Positions 9,762 to 18,402 of a DNA stretch of 64,000 nucleotides are shown here, piece by piece. A program made the position numbers and the translations under genes. The stretch's first letter is position 1, and every line of letters begins with the position of its first letter. The notes beneath the pieces are model-generated. The model was not told the origin of the DNA. It searched no databases and was given only the letters and a program-made list of their open reading frames with translations. The stretch is from a virus. Taxonomy: Duplodnaviria; Caudoviricetes. The DNA lies in the IMG/VR virus record IMGVR_UViG_3300012979_000039, positions 9,055 to 73,054 of that record. One strand, given 5' to 3'.

Positions 9762-10528
9762 TATATCTCGTTGTAAAATTTACCAATAATCTTTATCATT
9801 TCTATTGTCAGATAATCCGTTGCCCTTGTCTTTATTACGGGTGGAATGCCCCAGATTGCTTCTGCGATACTTCCAACGATTGCTGCGATTGTGTCGCTGT
9901 CGCCTCCGACTGCTACCGCCCACCTGATTGCTTCCTCGAAACTGTTTGCTTTGCGGAGTACCCCGAACACTACTGGCATAGTGCCTTGGCAGGTTTCGTC
10001 AAACTTATTGCATCCTACCTTTGGCTCTATCCAAGTGTGTGCGGGGTAGTAGTCGTTCATCTTGGTTAGCATAATCTCTTTGCCGTATCCCCTCGCATAA
10101 TAGATAGCTAACGCTGTTGCAACAGCTCCCTTTACTCCCTCTGGATGGTTGTGGGTAACCACCGCGCTTTTGGTAGCTTCGACAATTACTTGTTCCTCGG
10201 TATTAAAGAGCCACCCTACTGGCGAAACCCTCATAGCGGAGCCGTTACCAAAGGAATTGTACGGCTCTAAATCCTCGCCGTGAACCCACCTTGCAAAAGA
10301 GCCTCCGTAGCCGCCCATTGGCTCGGGGTATCTTCTGCACCATTCTTTGAGGTTATAGCCAAGATCCTCAAAATCCACTTTTTTCTGATACGCATCCGCT
10401 ATCGCAACAGTACATATTGTGTCGTCAGTAAAGTCACACTCGCCTGTGAATAGCTTGAAATTGAAATCTGTTGTGTTGTTGAACTCGAATCGTGATCCTA
10501 CGATGTCGCCGATGATTGCTCCTAACAT
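9758..10528 (-). CDS. ADP-ribosylglycohydrolase (DraG/ARH family)
   Basis: GAIIGDIVGS, FTDDT, GNGSAMRVSP, THNHPEG and GGDSDTIAAIVGSIAEA motifs. Confidence 0.93.
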   Translation of the reverse strand: MLGAIIGDIVGSRFEFNNTTDFNFKLFTGECDFTDDTICTVAIADAYQKKVDFEDLGYNLKEWCRRYPEPMGGYGGSFARWVHGEDLEPYNSFGNGSAMRVSPVGWLFNTEEQVIVEATKSAVVTHNHPEGVKGAVATALAIYYARGYGKEIMLTKMNDYYPAHTWIEPKVGCNKFDETCQGTMPVVFGVLRKANSFEEAIRWAVAVGGDSDTIAAIVGSIAEAIWGIPPVIKTRATDYLTIEMIKIIGKFYNEIY

Positions 10529-10635
10529 ATCCGTGTAGTATTTATGGTTTATTTCGTTTTTCTTTCTTATGTAATAGGTTTATACCTTTTTGTCTTTTGA
10601 ACCGTGCAAAGACGAGCAATACAGCTCTTGCAGGG

Positions 10636-10643
10636 CAAATTTA
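10636..10643 (-). promoter_or_regulatory. -7 promoter element for the ARH gene
   Basis: TAAATTTG followed by CCCTG on the minus strand, the same context as the repeated early promoter. Confidence 0.5.
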
Positions 10644-10661
10644 ATAAATAGTTCGCAAGAG

Positions 10662-10919
10662 CTAAACTTTATTTAAGGCTTCCTTGAGTGCTTCGATAAG
10701 CTCCAGGTGGTCATACGACCTGTTCAAGTCAATCCCATTTACTATGTGCGGTTCTCCTGCGAGTTCCATTGCTGTGATCGGTCTGTCTTTCTGCGCAATC
10801 TGCCAACGGGTGCCATAATCTATTGGCACGAAAGTGAACAGGTAATAGTCGCCTCCGTTTCTTTTGTTCCATTCTCTGAACAGCTGTGAGAGATATTGGT
10901 TAATTCCGTTGATATTCAT
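10662..10919 (-). CDS. Hypothetical protein
   Basis: Part of a tightly packed minus-strand operon. Confidence 0.6.
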   Translation of the reverse strand: MNINGINQYLSQLFREWNKRNGGDYYLFTFVPIDYGTRWQIAQKDRPITAMELAGEPHIVNGIDLNRSYDHLELIEALKEALNKV

Positions 10920-11156
10920 CTATCCTAAAATAATGTATTCGTTAATTGCTTTCTCAGATGTGATTCCGTGAGGGAGAGCTGCATCGTATATCGATCCATC
11001 AAATATCTTGTCAGCTGGAGTAAACGAGAAAAATAACTCGTGATATTCATTGCCTTCGTCATCACGGCTGATAAGAATCTTCTTATCTCCGTATCCATTT
11101 TTGATAGCTGCTTCGCAATACTTTTGAAGCTGCTTGACTGTTATTGCTCGTATCAT
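10920..11156 (-). CDS. Hypothetical protein
   Basis: Packed operon; abuts its neighbours. Confidence 0.6.
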   Translation of the reverse strand: MIRAITVKQLQKYCEAAIKNGYGDKKILISRDDEGNEYHELFFSFTPADKIFDGSIYDAALPHGITSEKAINEYIILG

Positions 11157-11159
11157 ACC

Positions 11160-11591
11160 TTAATCCGTTACTTCGTAGAAATACGACATTGCGTCCTCGT
11201 TGTCCTTGTTTGCTTCGCAGTAAGCATCGTGCGCTTCGTAAAACAAGCCTCTGTAAAGTTCCCGGAGTTCTTTGTTGCCATGTTCGTGATGCTCCCAGCA
11301 CTTGTGATTGAGGACAAGGACAAGTTCTGTTCCATAGACCGTATTCTTTATCCATTCCTTGACTGACCTGTCGAATGTCTTGCGTATTGCCCCATTGTCA
11401 TTCATGCGGCATTCGCAAAACTCCGCAATCGAGAAGTCTTGGAAGAATGTGGTCTGCGTTTGATAGCCTGAGAGTTTATTCATGACCCCATTGAACATTT
11501 CCTGTTCCATTGCGGCATACTCAACAACTGTCATTGGGTATGGAATGCGAAGCGGCATCGCCGCATACTTGATTTTTTCTGTTGTGCTCAT
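11160..11591 (-). CDS. Hypothetical protein
   Basis: 143 aa; TAATACTACACG motif upstream of ATG. Confidence 0.7.
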   Translation of the reverse strand: MSTTEKIKYAAMPLRIPYPMTVVEYAAMEQEMFNGVMNKLSGYQTQTTFFQDFSIAEFCECRMNDNGAIRKTFDRSVKEWIKNTVYGTELVLVLNHKCWEHHEHGNKELRELYRGLFYEAHDAYCEANKDNEDAMSYFYEVTD

Positions 11592-11613
11592 TATCGTGTA
11601 GTATTAGTTGTTG

Positions 11614-11844
11614 CTATGACCTGTAAAGCGAATAGAGCGTAGTTTTGTCAGTTTTGAAGTTGCTATGAACTGATACATTGTTCACTCCAATCTCCTTGAC
11701 AAGTTCCTCATAAGTCGGGTCGTAAATATTGAGGACAAACTCAATACCTTTAGGATGTGCGTTAAAAGCAAAATCGATGTCGTGCTTCATTAGCACTTTA
11801 GCAATTAGCAGGCAGTTGCCTGTAAGTCTGAAATACTGGTTCAT
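11614..11844 (-). CDS. Hypothetical protein
   Basis: Packed operon. Confidence 0.55.
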   Translation of the reverse strand: MNQYFRLTGNCLLIAKVLMKHDIDFAFNAHPKGIEFVLNIYDPTYEELVKEIGVNNVSVHSNFKTDKTTLYSLYRS

Positions 11845-11845
11845 A

Positions 11846-12265
11846 TTATTGAATTGTTAAAATTTCTGCCTTGCGCCTTTTAGCCATTTTCTCGGCTTCT
11901 TTGCGACCTCTTTCTGTGTCAAGATAAGCCTCTATCCATATCGGGTGCTCTTTGCCTTTCTTATACACTAAAAGCGACCCTCTTGGGACTTTTCTTATCT
12001 GCCCGGAAGCTAACTCAACACGCACAATCTCTCGGTAGTCTGGGTGTAGCTCATATACTATTCCATGCAGGATTGAATCATCCATAACGTCAATGTCACG
12101 TGACCAATCTTCAATCTTTGACCGGCTGCCTGATGCGTCAATCCTCTTGCCTATATAGCTATGTGTTGCGTAGTCAATACCTGTAACGAAATATATGACC
12201 TTTACTCTCTCGTGATCTCTGTATTCATCCACGAACTCAAATGCTTTCCCAACTATTGATTCCAT
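11846..12265 (-). CDS. Hypothetical protein
   Basis: 139 aa; packed operon. Confidence 0.6.
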   Translation of the reverse strand: MESIVGKAFEFVDEYRDHERVKVIYFVTGIDYATHSYIGKRIDASGSRSKIEDWSRDIDVMDDSILHGIVYELHPDYREIVRVELASGQIRKVPRGSLLVYKKGKEHPIWIEAYLDTERGRKEAEKMAKRRKAEILTIQ

Positions 12266-12271
12266 ACTGTG

Positions 12272-12496
12272 TTATTTTATCTGTTTGTACCTGCCATTAG
12301 CGACTGCTGCTTCAAATGCTTCAATGTCGCAATACCAAACATCGGTGTATCGCAAATTGCCGCATATGATGTCTTTTGTGCCGTAGTAACAGTCGTCTGT
12401 TACAATGGCGCCCGCCTTTTCGATTCCCTCTATCTTGTAGATAAAAGTCGTCTTGCCGAACTTGAACTCAAATCGCTGTCCTATTCTCTGTGTCAT
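12272..12496 (-). CDS. Hypothetical protein
   Basis: Start moved to ATG 12496 (MTQRIG) to remove the overlap with the upstream gene. Confidence 0.55.
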   Translation of the reverse strand: MTQRIGQRFEFKFGKTTFIYKIEGIEKAGAIVTDDCYYGTKDIICGNLRYTDVWYCDIEAFEAAVANGRYKQIK

Positions 12497-12503
12497 AACC
12501 GTG

Positions 12504-12908
12504 TTAGTTAAAAATCCAATATCCATAGACACACCTTGTGCCTTTTCTGCTGCAATCGTAAGTGTCATTGATCACTCCGTCAATGACTGCGACCAAGTGA
12601 CCTGAGCAACTACATACGATTCTGCCTTTCGGCAATTCCTCTGCCCGGAGGTGGGTTTTGCAACCGCTTCCGATTGTCATACAAGGCACCCATTTTGCTC
12701 CGAGCTGTTCCATTACCTTGCGGATAGCCGTCTTGCTTACCCCGTCTCTTGGCGTTTTACCGCCTATCTTTTTATACAGGTTATATACCTCCTTGTAGTC
12801 CCTTTGACTTGCTATTGCGGTTGCTCTGGTAACGCAATCGCCAACCTTCTTTGCTGTGAAATAATTGCTACGACCTCCGTCGTTGTAGTTAAACCGTGTA
12901 GTGCTCAT
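12504..12908 (-). CDS. Phage protein with a putative papain-like Cys-His-Asp triad
   Basis: GDCVTRA ... SGHLVAVIDG..NDTYD pattern. Confidence 0.5.
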   Translation of the reverse strand: MSTTRFNYNDGGRSNYFTAKKVGDCVTRATAIASQRDYKEVYNLYKKIGGKTPRDGVSKTAIRKVMEQLGAKWVPCMTIGSGCKTHLRAEELPKGRIVCSCSGHLVAVIDGVINDTYDCSRKGTRCVYGYWIFN

Positions 12909-12920
12909 TTTGATATAGCA

Positions 12921-13301
12921 TTAAAAATTGAACTTGTAATCTATGTGTCTATAAACCCAGCCCTTTTCGGTGCGCTTAATAGCGAATGAGTAGCCCCAAT
13001 TTGGGCGGTAGCTCTCGCCCTTTCCTTCCTCTTTAAAGAACCTCTCCCAATAATTCGCCCTGAAGTTCGGGTCTTCGAGATTATTGCCCCAGTAACATCT
13101 GCTCTCCGAGGGAATGCAGAATATTGTTTCCCCAACCTTGAGTTCCCTGACGGCATCCATACACTCCATTAACGAGCGCATTCCAAACATTCCTACTGAG
13201 GTGTTCATCTGCTGGATAATGATGAATCCTCGCAGATTACTGAACTCATCTGCCTTGAATCTAAGGCTTCTCTTTGTGTCAAGTGTGAGTGTCGCTTCCA
13301 T
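12921..13301 (-). CDS. Hypothetical protein
   Basis: Start at ATG 13301 (MEATLT), preceded by ACTACACG; avoids overlap with 13312..13698. Confidence 0.6.
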   Translation of the reverse strand: MEATLTLDTKRSLRFKADEFSNLRGFIIIQQMNTSVGMFGMRSLMECMDAVRELKVGETIFCIPSESRCYWGNNLEDPNFRANYWERFFKEEGKGESYRPNWGYSFAIKRTEKGWVYRHIDYKFNF

Positions 13302-13311
13302 AGTCGTGTAG

Positions 13312-13698
13312 TTATTTGATGATTCTTTCCTCTCCTGATTCGTTGATGAAGTAACCCATAAGGTCGTGTCCATTATGACCTCCGTAATAGCCGTGCTGAT
13401 AAGACACTCCAATATTGAAGGCCACTCCCATTTCCTCGTCAGGGTCATTTGCCCAGACATCCATGCGGAGTTCCACCTTGGCGAAAAGTTGCTTTAAGAT
13501 TGCGTTGTTCCTCATCTTATTGTCAATATCATTCAGAGTGTCTATCGCTTGAATATAAATACCACCATTGTAGCGTTTTCCAAGCTCAAACTTGAGATTT
13601 ACCTTAACTCCGAGAGTTTCCTTGATAGCCTTTTCGACTTTTGCCTTGCACTGACTTTCGATGAAAGCGAGTACCTTTTCTGCGTGTTCCTGTGTCAT
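13312..13698 (-). CDS. Hypothetical protein, first gene after early promoter copy 1
   Basis: 128 aa; CTTAATACTACAC leader. Confidence 0.7.
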   Translation of the reverse strand: MTQEHAEKVLAFIESQCKAKVEKAIKETLGVKVNLKFELGKRYNGGIYIQAIDTLNDIDNKMRNNAILKQLFAKVELRMDVWANDPDEEMGVAFNIGVSYQHGYYGGHNGHDLMGYFINESGEERIIK

Positions 13699-13725
13699 TG
13701 TTGTGTAGTATTAAGAATGTTTATG

Positions 13726-13788
13726 TTATAATCACAGGGCAAAATTAATAATTATTTTAAAATAATAAAAATTTCTTACGGAAAATTT
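13726..13788 (-). promoter_or_regulatory. Repeated early promoter/operator module, copy 1
   Basis: 63 bp identical to 18403..18465; TAATTTTG -7 element on the minus strand; 16-bp palindrome ATTATTTTAAAATAAT at 13751..13766. Confidence 0.85.
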
Positions 13789-13840
13789 GGCAAAATTTTT
13801 AACTTTCCCTGAGAAGACCAAAGAAAAAGCACCGCTGTCG

Positions 13841-15265
13841 TCAGAAATTGACAGCGATGCCTTGTTGTCTTATGCTCTGCTTCCAGTCTTTGCGTTGGCA
13901 GATATCACGGATTTGCCACATATTAGAATTGACGGCGTTCAGGATTTCCTCGTGCCGGTCAGTCGGCTGGTTGTGCTTGCCGTAGCATTGATTGACTTTG
14001 AAGTCTCGGAGATTGATCTCGATGGTTTCAAGTCGTTCCCCTTTTCCGTCCCTCGCAGAAAGGATAAGGCTGAGAGGTTTCTTGTAATATCCCATTGAAT
14101 AGACGCAATGGTGCATTGCAATACCTTCCTCTGCAAATTCTTCTACCGATTTTAGCGGCTCAATGCTCAAGTCTTTGTCTTGGATATGGATGCCGAAGAA
14201 GAAGCCTTTTAATGACGGATAAGCGGCTCGTATCTTCTCGTCCTCTTGCTTCCGCTTGATAGCCTCAGCTTCTGCTCTTGCTTGTCGGCGAGCCTCTGCA
14301 AGTTGGTACAGTTCCCTCTGGCGTTGCTGCTCTTTCTCGCGTTGTCTCTGCATCATGTGCAAAACCTTGCCGTGCATTTCGTGCCAATCCTGTGGACATA
14401 TCCAATGCGGAGAGCGAAGATCCTTTTTCAACTTCTTCAACATCAAGAGGTAGTCGATGTAGTTCTGCCATCCCACTGCCTTTATATCGTATTTGTGTCG
14501 CAAAGCAATTCTTATGCTTGGGTACATATCAGTTATATGCTTGCGTGCATCAGGCGGTATATCGCGGATTTCTTGGTATCTGCCCTGCTTATATAACTGC
14601 TCAAGGTAGGGGTTGGAGAGAATGACGCCGAAGGTCTGTTGCACATCGTTATCAAAGGGGTTTCCATTGAATCCGCATTTGCGGTAAACAGGTAGCGTTT
14701 TCCAACGAGGATAGACTTTCAAGTACATCCATTCGGTGTGGTAGCCGGCGCCTCGCCACTCTCCTTTCTTGATGCTCATTGCACTACATAGACTGTAAGG
14801 CGACCGGCAGGAGTATGACATCATATTGATACCTACGCCCTGTGTGATTTCCGTATGATGCGGCTTGTACCACTTCCGCATTACCTCTCGGACATAGTAT
14901 TTGGCACCGCTCTTTACAGACCAATCCATTCGGACTTCGTAGTAGCGATTGACCTGCCAGCCCTTATGTACCGTCAAGACGACAAAGTAAAAGCACTCCT
15001 TGATACCTCGCCGTTGGTAAGACTTCTTTATTTCCGCTCCACAGCAAGGACACTCTATGACAGCCTCCGATATGTCAGCACGAACTGCCTCGATTGGTAT
15101 TCTGTTCCCGCAATGGGTGCAATAGCACCGCGTTTCTGTGGGATTTACCCACGCAAAATGCTTGACGGCATTCTTGATCGCCCAATCGTATTGAGCCTGA
15201 GATAGCCGCCTTAAACTGCCCGAAAGACGGCTAATCTCTTTCTCTACTTTTGTCTTGGGTTTCAT
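13841..15265 (-). CDS. pcfJ: PcfJ-like protein
   Basis: N-terminal CxxC zinc ribbons; C-terminal EEGIAMHHCV..Y..ILSAR..ETIEI motif. Confidence 0.85.
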   Translation of the reverse strand: MKPKTKVEKEISRLSGSLRRLSQAQYDWAIKNAVKHFAWVNPTETRCYCTHCGNRIPIEAVRADISEAVIECPCCGAEIKKSYQRRGIKECFYFVVLTVHKGWQVNRYYEVRMDWSVKSGAKYYVREVMRKWYKPHHTEITQGVGINMMSYSCRSPYSLCSAMSIKKGEWRGAGYHTEWMYLKVYPRWKTLPVYRKCGFNGNPFDNDVQQTFGVILSNPYLEQLYKQGRYQEIRDIPPDARKHITDMYPSIRIALRHKYDIKAVGWQNYIDYLLMLKKLKKDLRSPHWICPQDWHEMHGKVLHMMQRQREKEQQRQRELYQLAEARRQARAEAEAIKRKQEDEKIRAAYPSLKGFFFGIHIQDKDLSIEPLKSVEEFAEEGIAMHHCVYSMGYYKKPLSLILSARDGKGERLETIEINLRDFKVNQCYGKHNQPTDRHEEILNAVNSNMWQIRDICQRKDWKQSIRQQGIAVNF

Positions 15266-15267
15266 AA

Positions 15268-15702
15268 TCAGAATAGGCTTGGCATTTCTTCCTCTTTCTT
15301 CAACGCTTCCTGACGCTTCTTCTCCACTCTCTCCTTTTCTTTCTTCTCCTTCTCCATGAGTTTGCGTAGTTCCTCTTTCTTGAATGCTTCAATTGCGTCA
15401 GCCTTTGCTTTTGCCTTGTCCTCCTCTGTCAGTTCGACCTTGTGGTTCACGACAACCGTGCCCTTAACCGCTTTGATTTCTCCGAGATCATCTTCCTCGT
15501 AGTAATGCACAGCCATTCCGAAAATCTCATCATCGGTAAAGCCGTTGCAGCCTGACTTTTGAACCGAGCTGAGGATATAGTTACAGCATTCCTCAATGCT
15601 CTTGCCCTCTTTGGCATACTTCTGTGCGAAGTTGTCGTCAAAGCCCGCAAGGTTATCCAAGTGGGCTTTGATTGTTCTTTGAAATTCCTGTGTAGTATTC
15701 AT
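15268..15702 (-). CDS. pcfK: PcfK-like / AcrIIA9-family anti-CRISPR candidate
   Basis: KSIEECCNYIL..V.KSGCNGFTDDEIFGMAVHYYEED and VVVNHKVELTEEDKAKA; paired with pcfJ. Confidence 0.8.
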   Translation of the reverse strand: MNTTQEFQRTIKAHLDNLAGFDDNFAQKYAKEGKSIEECCNYILSSVQKSGCNGFTDDEIFGMAVHYYEEDDLGEIKAVKGTVVVNHKVELTEEDKAKAKADAIEAFKKEELRKLMEKEKKEKERVEKKRQEALKKEEEMPSLF

Positions 15703-15708
15703 TTTGTG

Positions 15709-16068
15709 TTAGTCTTGAAGATGTAGAATAGATTTTGCTACTTCTGTGCAATATCGCATCCTTTCAGCTGGGATCATTTTGTTCCACATAAACTTTTTGA
15801 TATAGCCCCAGAATGAGCAACCTCTCTTGTCGCAAGTAGGGGAGTCAATTACTATGTATTTCCCTTTGTTAAAGTCAACGTAAGCATTGATATACGCAAT
15901 CTTATTATGGTGCAGCTCTGTCTTACCGTTACGCTTTGCCCAGTCATTATAAGGCTCAATATTGACTTTTACATTCTCGTCAGAGAAGAACCATTTGAGG
16001 CTGTCGTATAGCTCTTTTGCAAGCGGTTCTATCTCTGACGGTTCTCTGTCTTTGTAGTATCCGTTCAT
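15709..16068 (-). CDS. Hypothetical protein
   Basis: Packed operon. Confidence 0.6.
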   Translation of the reverse strand: MNGYYKDREPSEIEPLAKELYDSLKWFFSDENVKVNIEPYNDWAKRNGKTELHHNKIAYINAYVDFNKGKYIVIDSPTCDKRGCSFWGYIKKFMWNKMIPAERMRYCTEVAKSILHLQD

Positions 16069-16370
16069 CGCTCTATCACTTTAAGCTCAGAAGCAACCAC
16101 CTCGTAATAAACTCTCTCCGTTCCATTCGCTGATGTATATATTTGCTGACGAAGCCTGCCGATAACTTTAACAACATCACCTTCCCCGACTTGTGTCTTC
16201 TCCCAAGCGACGACATTATGCCAGGTGCCCTCGCGGATAATAGAGCCGTCCTTTAATCTATTCAAATGCTCTGTATAAAGGGAGAAATTCTGAACGGTCA
16301 TTCCCTGCACATGGTTGGTCCTTACACAGCCAACGCTTCCTTGCAATTCGATTTTGTTTATAAATTCCAT
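16065..16370 (-). CDS. Short SSB-like OB-fold protein lacking the acidic tail
   Basis: NKIELQG, WHNVVAWEK, VKVIGRLR..Y and EVVASEL motifs; 101 aa. Confidence 0.75.
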   Translation of the reverse strand: MEFINKIELQGSVGCVRTNHVQGMTVQNFSLYTEHLNRLKDGSIIREGTWHNVVAWEKTQVGEGDVVKVIGRLRQQIYTSANGTERVYYEVVASELKVIER

Positions 16371-16383
16371 ATTAAGTAGTCCA

Positions 16384-16629
16384 TTAATCCTGTTTTTGTG
16401 ATATCCTCGTGACCTCTTGCTTGATAATCCTGCATTTTGTCGTCACCTTTGCGTTAGTTTGAGTGATATGAGCAGCGTATAGGGCACCAAGTGATGTTCC
16501 TATATGCTCCTGTCCAAACTGGGCGAAGATCGCCCGTAAACTGCCGAAATAGTAATCGGTCTTACCTTCTACCGGTTCAAAGAAATGAACCTGAATAATC
16601 TGGCTTTTTGATGTCTTTTCTTTGCTCAT
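16384..16629 (-). CDS. Hypothetical protein
   Basis: 81 aa ORF in the operon. Confidence 0.6.
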   Translation of the reverse strand: MSKEKTSKSQIIQVHFFEPVEGKTDYYFGSLRAIFAQFGQEHIGTSLGALYAAHITQTNAKVTTKCRIIKQEVTRISQKQD

Positions 16630-16640
16630 GTTGTGTTGTG

Positions 16641-16793
16641 TTAATTGGTTAATTCTATCTTATACCATTCTACCTCCGGCTCGTCAAGCCCAAAAAACTG
16701 AATGATATAAGCCTCTGATTTGTCCCCTGTGAAATAAGTTGTTCGTGGTGTCGGTTTGCCTACCTCCTTGTAAGTGATTCTGTACTTTTTCAT
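16641..16793 (-). CDS. Small protein (50 aa, MKKYRITYKEVGK...) missed by the ORF track
   Basis: Open ATG..TAA frame read by hand; ACTTAATACTACAC leader. Confidence 0.65.
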   Translation of the reverse strand: MKKYRITYKEVGKPTPRTTYFTGDKSEAYIIQFFGLDEPEVEWYKIELTN

Positions 16794-16907
16794 ATTGTGT
16801 AGTATTAAGTGTGTCTCAAAAGAAAACCCGATAGTTTTGCCCAGATTGAGCGAAATGAAGAAGTTTACTAGTGTGCAAGATGAGAACCTATCGGGTTTAT
16901 ATATAAT

Positions 16908-17813
16908 CTATTCTTCCTTATTTCCGTCAAAGATGTAATCCACCGCTTTCTGCGCCTGTCCCGCGGCAATCACTATCATCTTCTTGTCATTCTTCAAGGC
17001 TTCGAGCCATCCCTGCAAGTATGCAACCGAGTTCTTGAATGCCTTTTCGCAGTCAATGCCCAAACGGTTAAGCGTCATTGCTGAGCCGATTTCTGCTACA
17101 AGCTCCTCCTTTGCGTAGGATACATCTCCGAAGGCGGCCACTCCGTCAATCTTGCGGTTGCACCTGGTGCCTATTCCCGTACTGTGAGTGAGTTCGTGAT
17201 AAAGTGTGGAATAGTATTCCTCGACAACCTCATACTGGGAAAGTTCAGGGACAACGACCTTGTCCTCTTTTGGCGAATAGTAGGCCCTGTCGCTGTGTTC
17301 AACTACGAGTGTCAGTCCGTCTTCCCTTTCAACATATTCTTTGGCGACCCTTTCCGCTTCCTCTATTGGATTATGGGTGTTGCCCGTCTCCCTCTCTATT
17401 TTGCTCTCAATACCCTCGATGTCGTCGATGTGGAAAACATTGTAGAATCGAAGAACCGGATAGCCGTAATTAGTTATAACGGTCTTGACCTTGCCCGTCT
17501 CTTCCCCCGTTTCTTCGTCAATCTCCTTAACTTTCTTCTGATTGATCACGGTATAGAATACTACCATCTTTGCTTTTGCCCCTTTCTTGACCTGACCTCC
17601 GAGAGCGGACGCCTGCTTGTATGTGAGGTATTCGCCCGGCTTTCCGAGCAGCATCTGATTCAGGAGAGAATAAGGTCTGCGGGAGACATAACTGATTGCT
17701 TCTTCCGAGCCTCCGCACCAAGGCTTCTGCCAAGGAATGATGCCCTTCTCCATTTCTGCGATGATGTGTTCAGTAACGATGTCGTAAACATCTACTTTGT
17801 TCTTCTGTGCCAT
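16908..17813 (-). CDS. ardC: ArdC-family anti-restriction ssDNA-binding protein (zincin-like domain)
   Basis: YDIVTEHII..MEKGIIPWQKPW, HELTHSTG and EELVAEIGS motifs. Confidence 0.9.
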   Translation of the reverse strand: MAQKNKVDVYDIVTEHIIAEMEKGIIPWQKPWCGGSEEAISYVSRRPYSLLNQMLLGKPGEYLTYKQASALGGQVKKGAKAKMVVFYTVINQKKVKEIDEETGEETGKVKTVITNYGYPVLRFYNVFHIDDIEGIESKIERETGNTHNPIEEAERVAKEYVEREDGLTLVVEHSDRAYYSPKEDKVVVPELSQYEVVEEYYSTLYHELTHSTGIGTRCNRKIDGVAAFGDVSYAKEELVAEIGSAMTLNRLGIDCEKAFKNSVAYLQGWLEALKNDKKMIVIAAGQAQKAVDYIFDGNKEE

Positions 17814-17835
17814 ATCCGTGTAGTAGTTAAATGAT

Positions 17836-18024
17836 TTATATTTCTTCTTCCAATTCTTCCTTAGTCATATAATTCTTGACGAGGATTCTTCCGCTTAGAT
17901 AGCAAATGCCAAGCATCGAAAACGACCAAATCAATTGTAATATTGCTGTTTCTGCTTCCGCACATGCAAGGAATAAACTCATAAGGCATACAATGCCAAG
18001 AACGGTTTTCATAATCTCTTTCAT
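17836..18024 (-). CDS. Small membrane protein
   Basis: Two hydrophobic stretches. Confidence 0.5.
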   Translation of the reverse strand: MKEIMKTVLGIVCLMSLFLACAEAETAILQLIWSFSMLGICYLSGRILVKNYMTKEELEEEI

Positions 18025-18374
18025 TGTTCATCCTCCTCATCATTAGTTGTTTCACATTCCTGTAATCTGTCAAGCTCCACTGCGTCCATTGACCAGTATC
18101 GCTTTGCTCTGCGGAGGCACCCTCTCCAGAAAGAAAGCCAATCTTTTGCGTCGTCCTCGTCAAGCATCGTTTCTTGGTTGAGTTCTTCATCCTCTGTCCA
18201 AGTGAGAATACCTTTTTCTGTCATGTTGAAATGCCTTACGTTCCTTGTAGTAAAAGCGTCTTCATAAAGAGCGATCTCACCTGCTTCGTTTACGTCAGAT
18301 TCTTTTGCAAAAGCTTCGAGGTCGTCATTGAACCTTTCCCAAGCCTTGATGTGTCTGTTGCTAATCTTTGTCAT
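18021..18374 (-). CDS. Hypothetical protein, first gene after early promoter copy 2
   Basis: Start at ATG 18374 (MTKISN), preceded by ACTACACGG. Confidence 0.65.
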   Translation of the reverse strand: MTKISNRHIKAWERFNDDLEAFAKESDVNEAGEIALYEDAFTTRNVRHFNMTEKGILTWTEDEELNQETMLDEDDAKDWLSFWRGCLRRAKRYWSMDAVELDRLQECETTNDEEDEQ

Positions 18375-18402
18375 TTCCGTGTAGTGTTTAGAAGTGTTTG
18401 TA

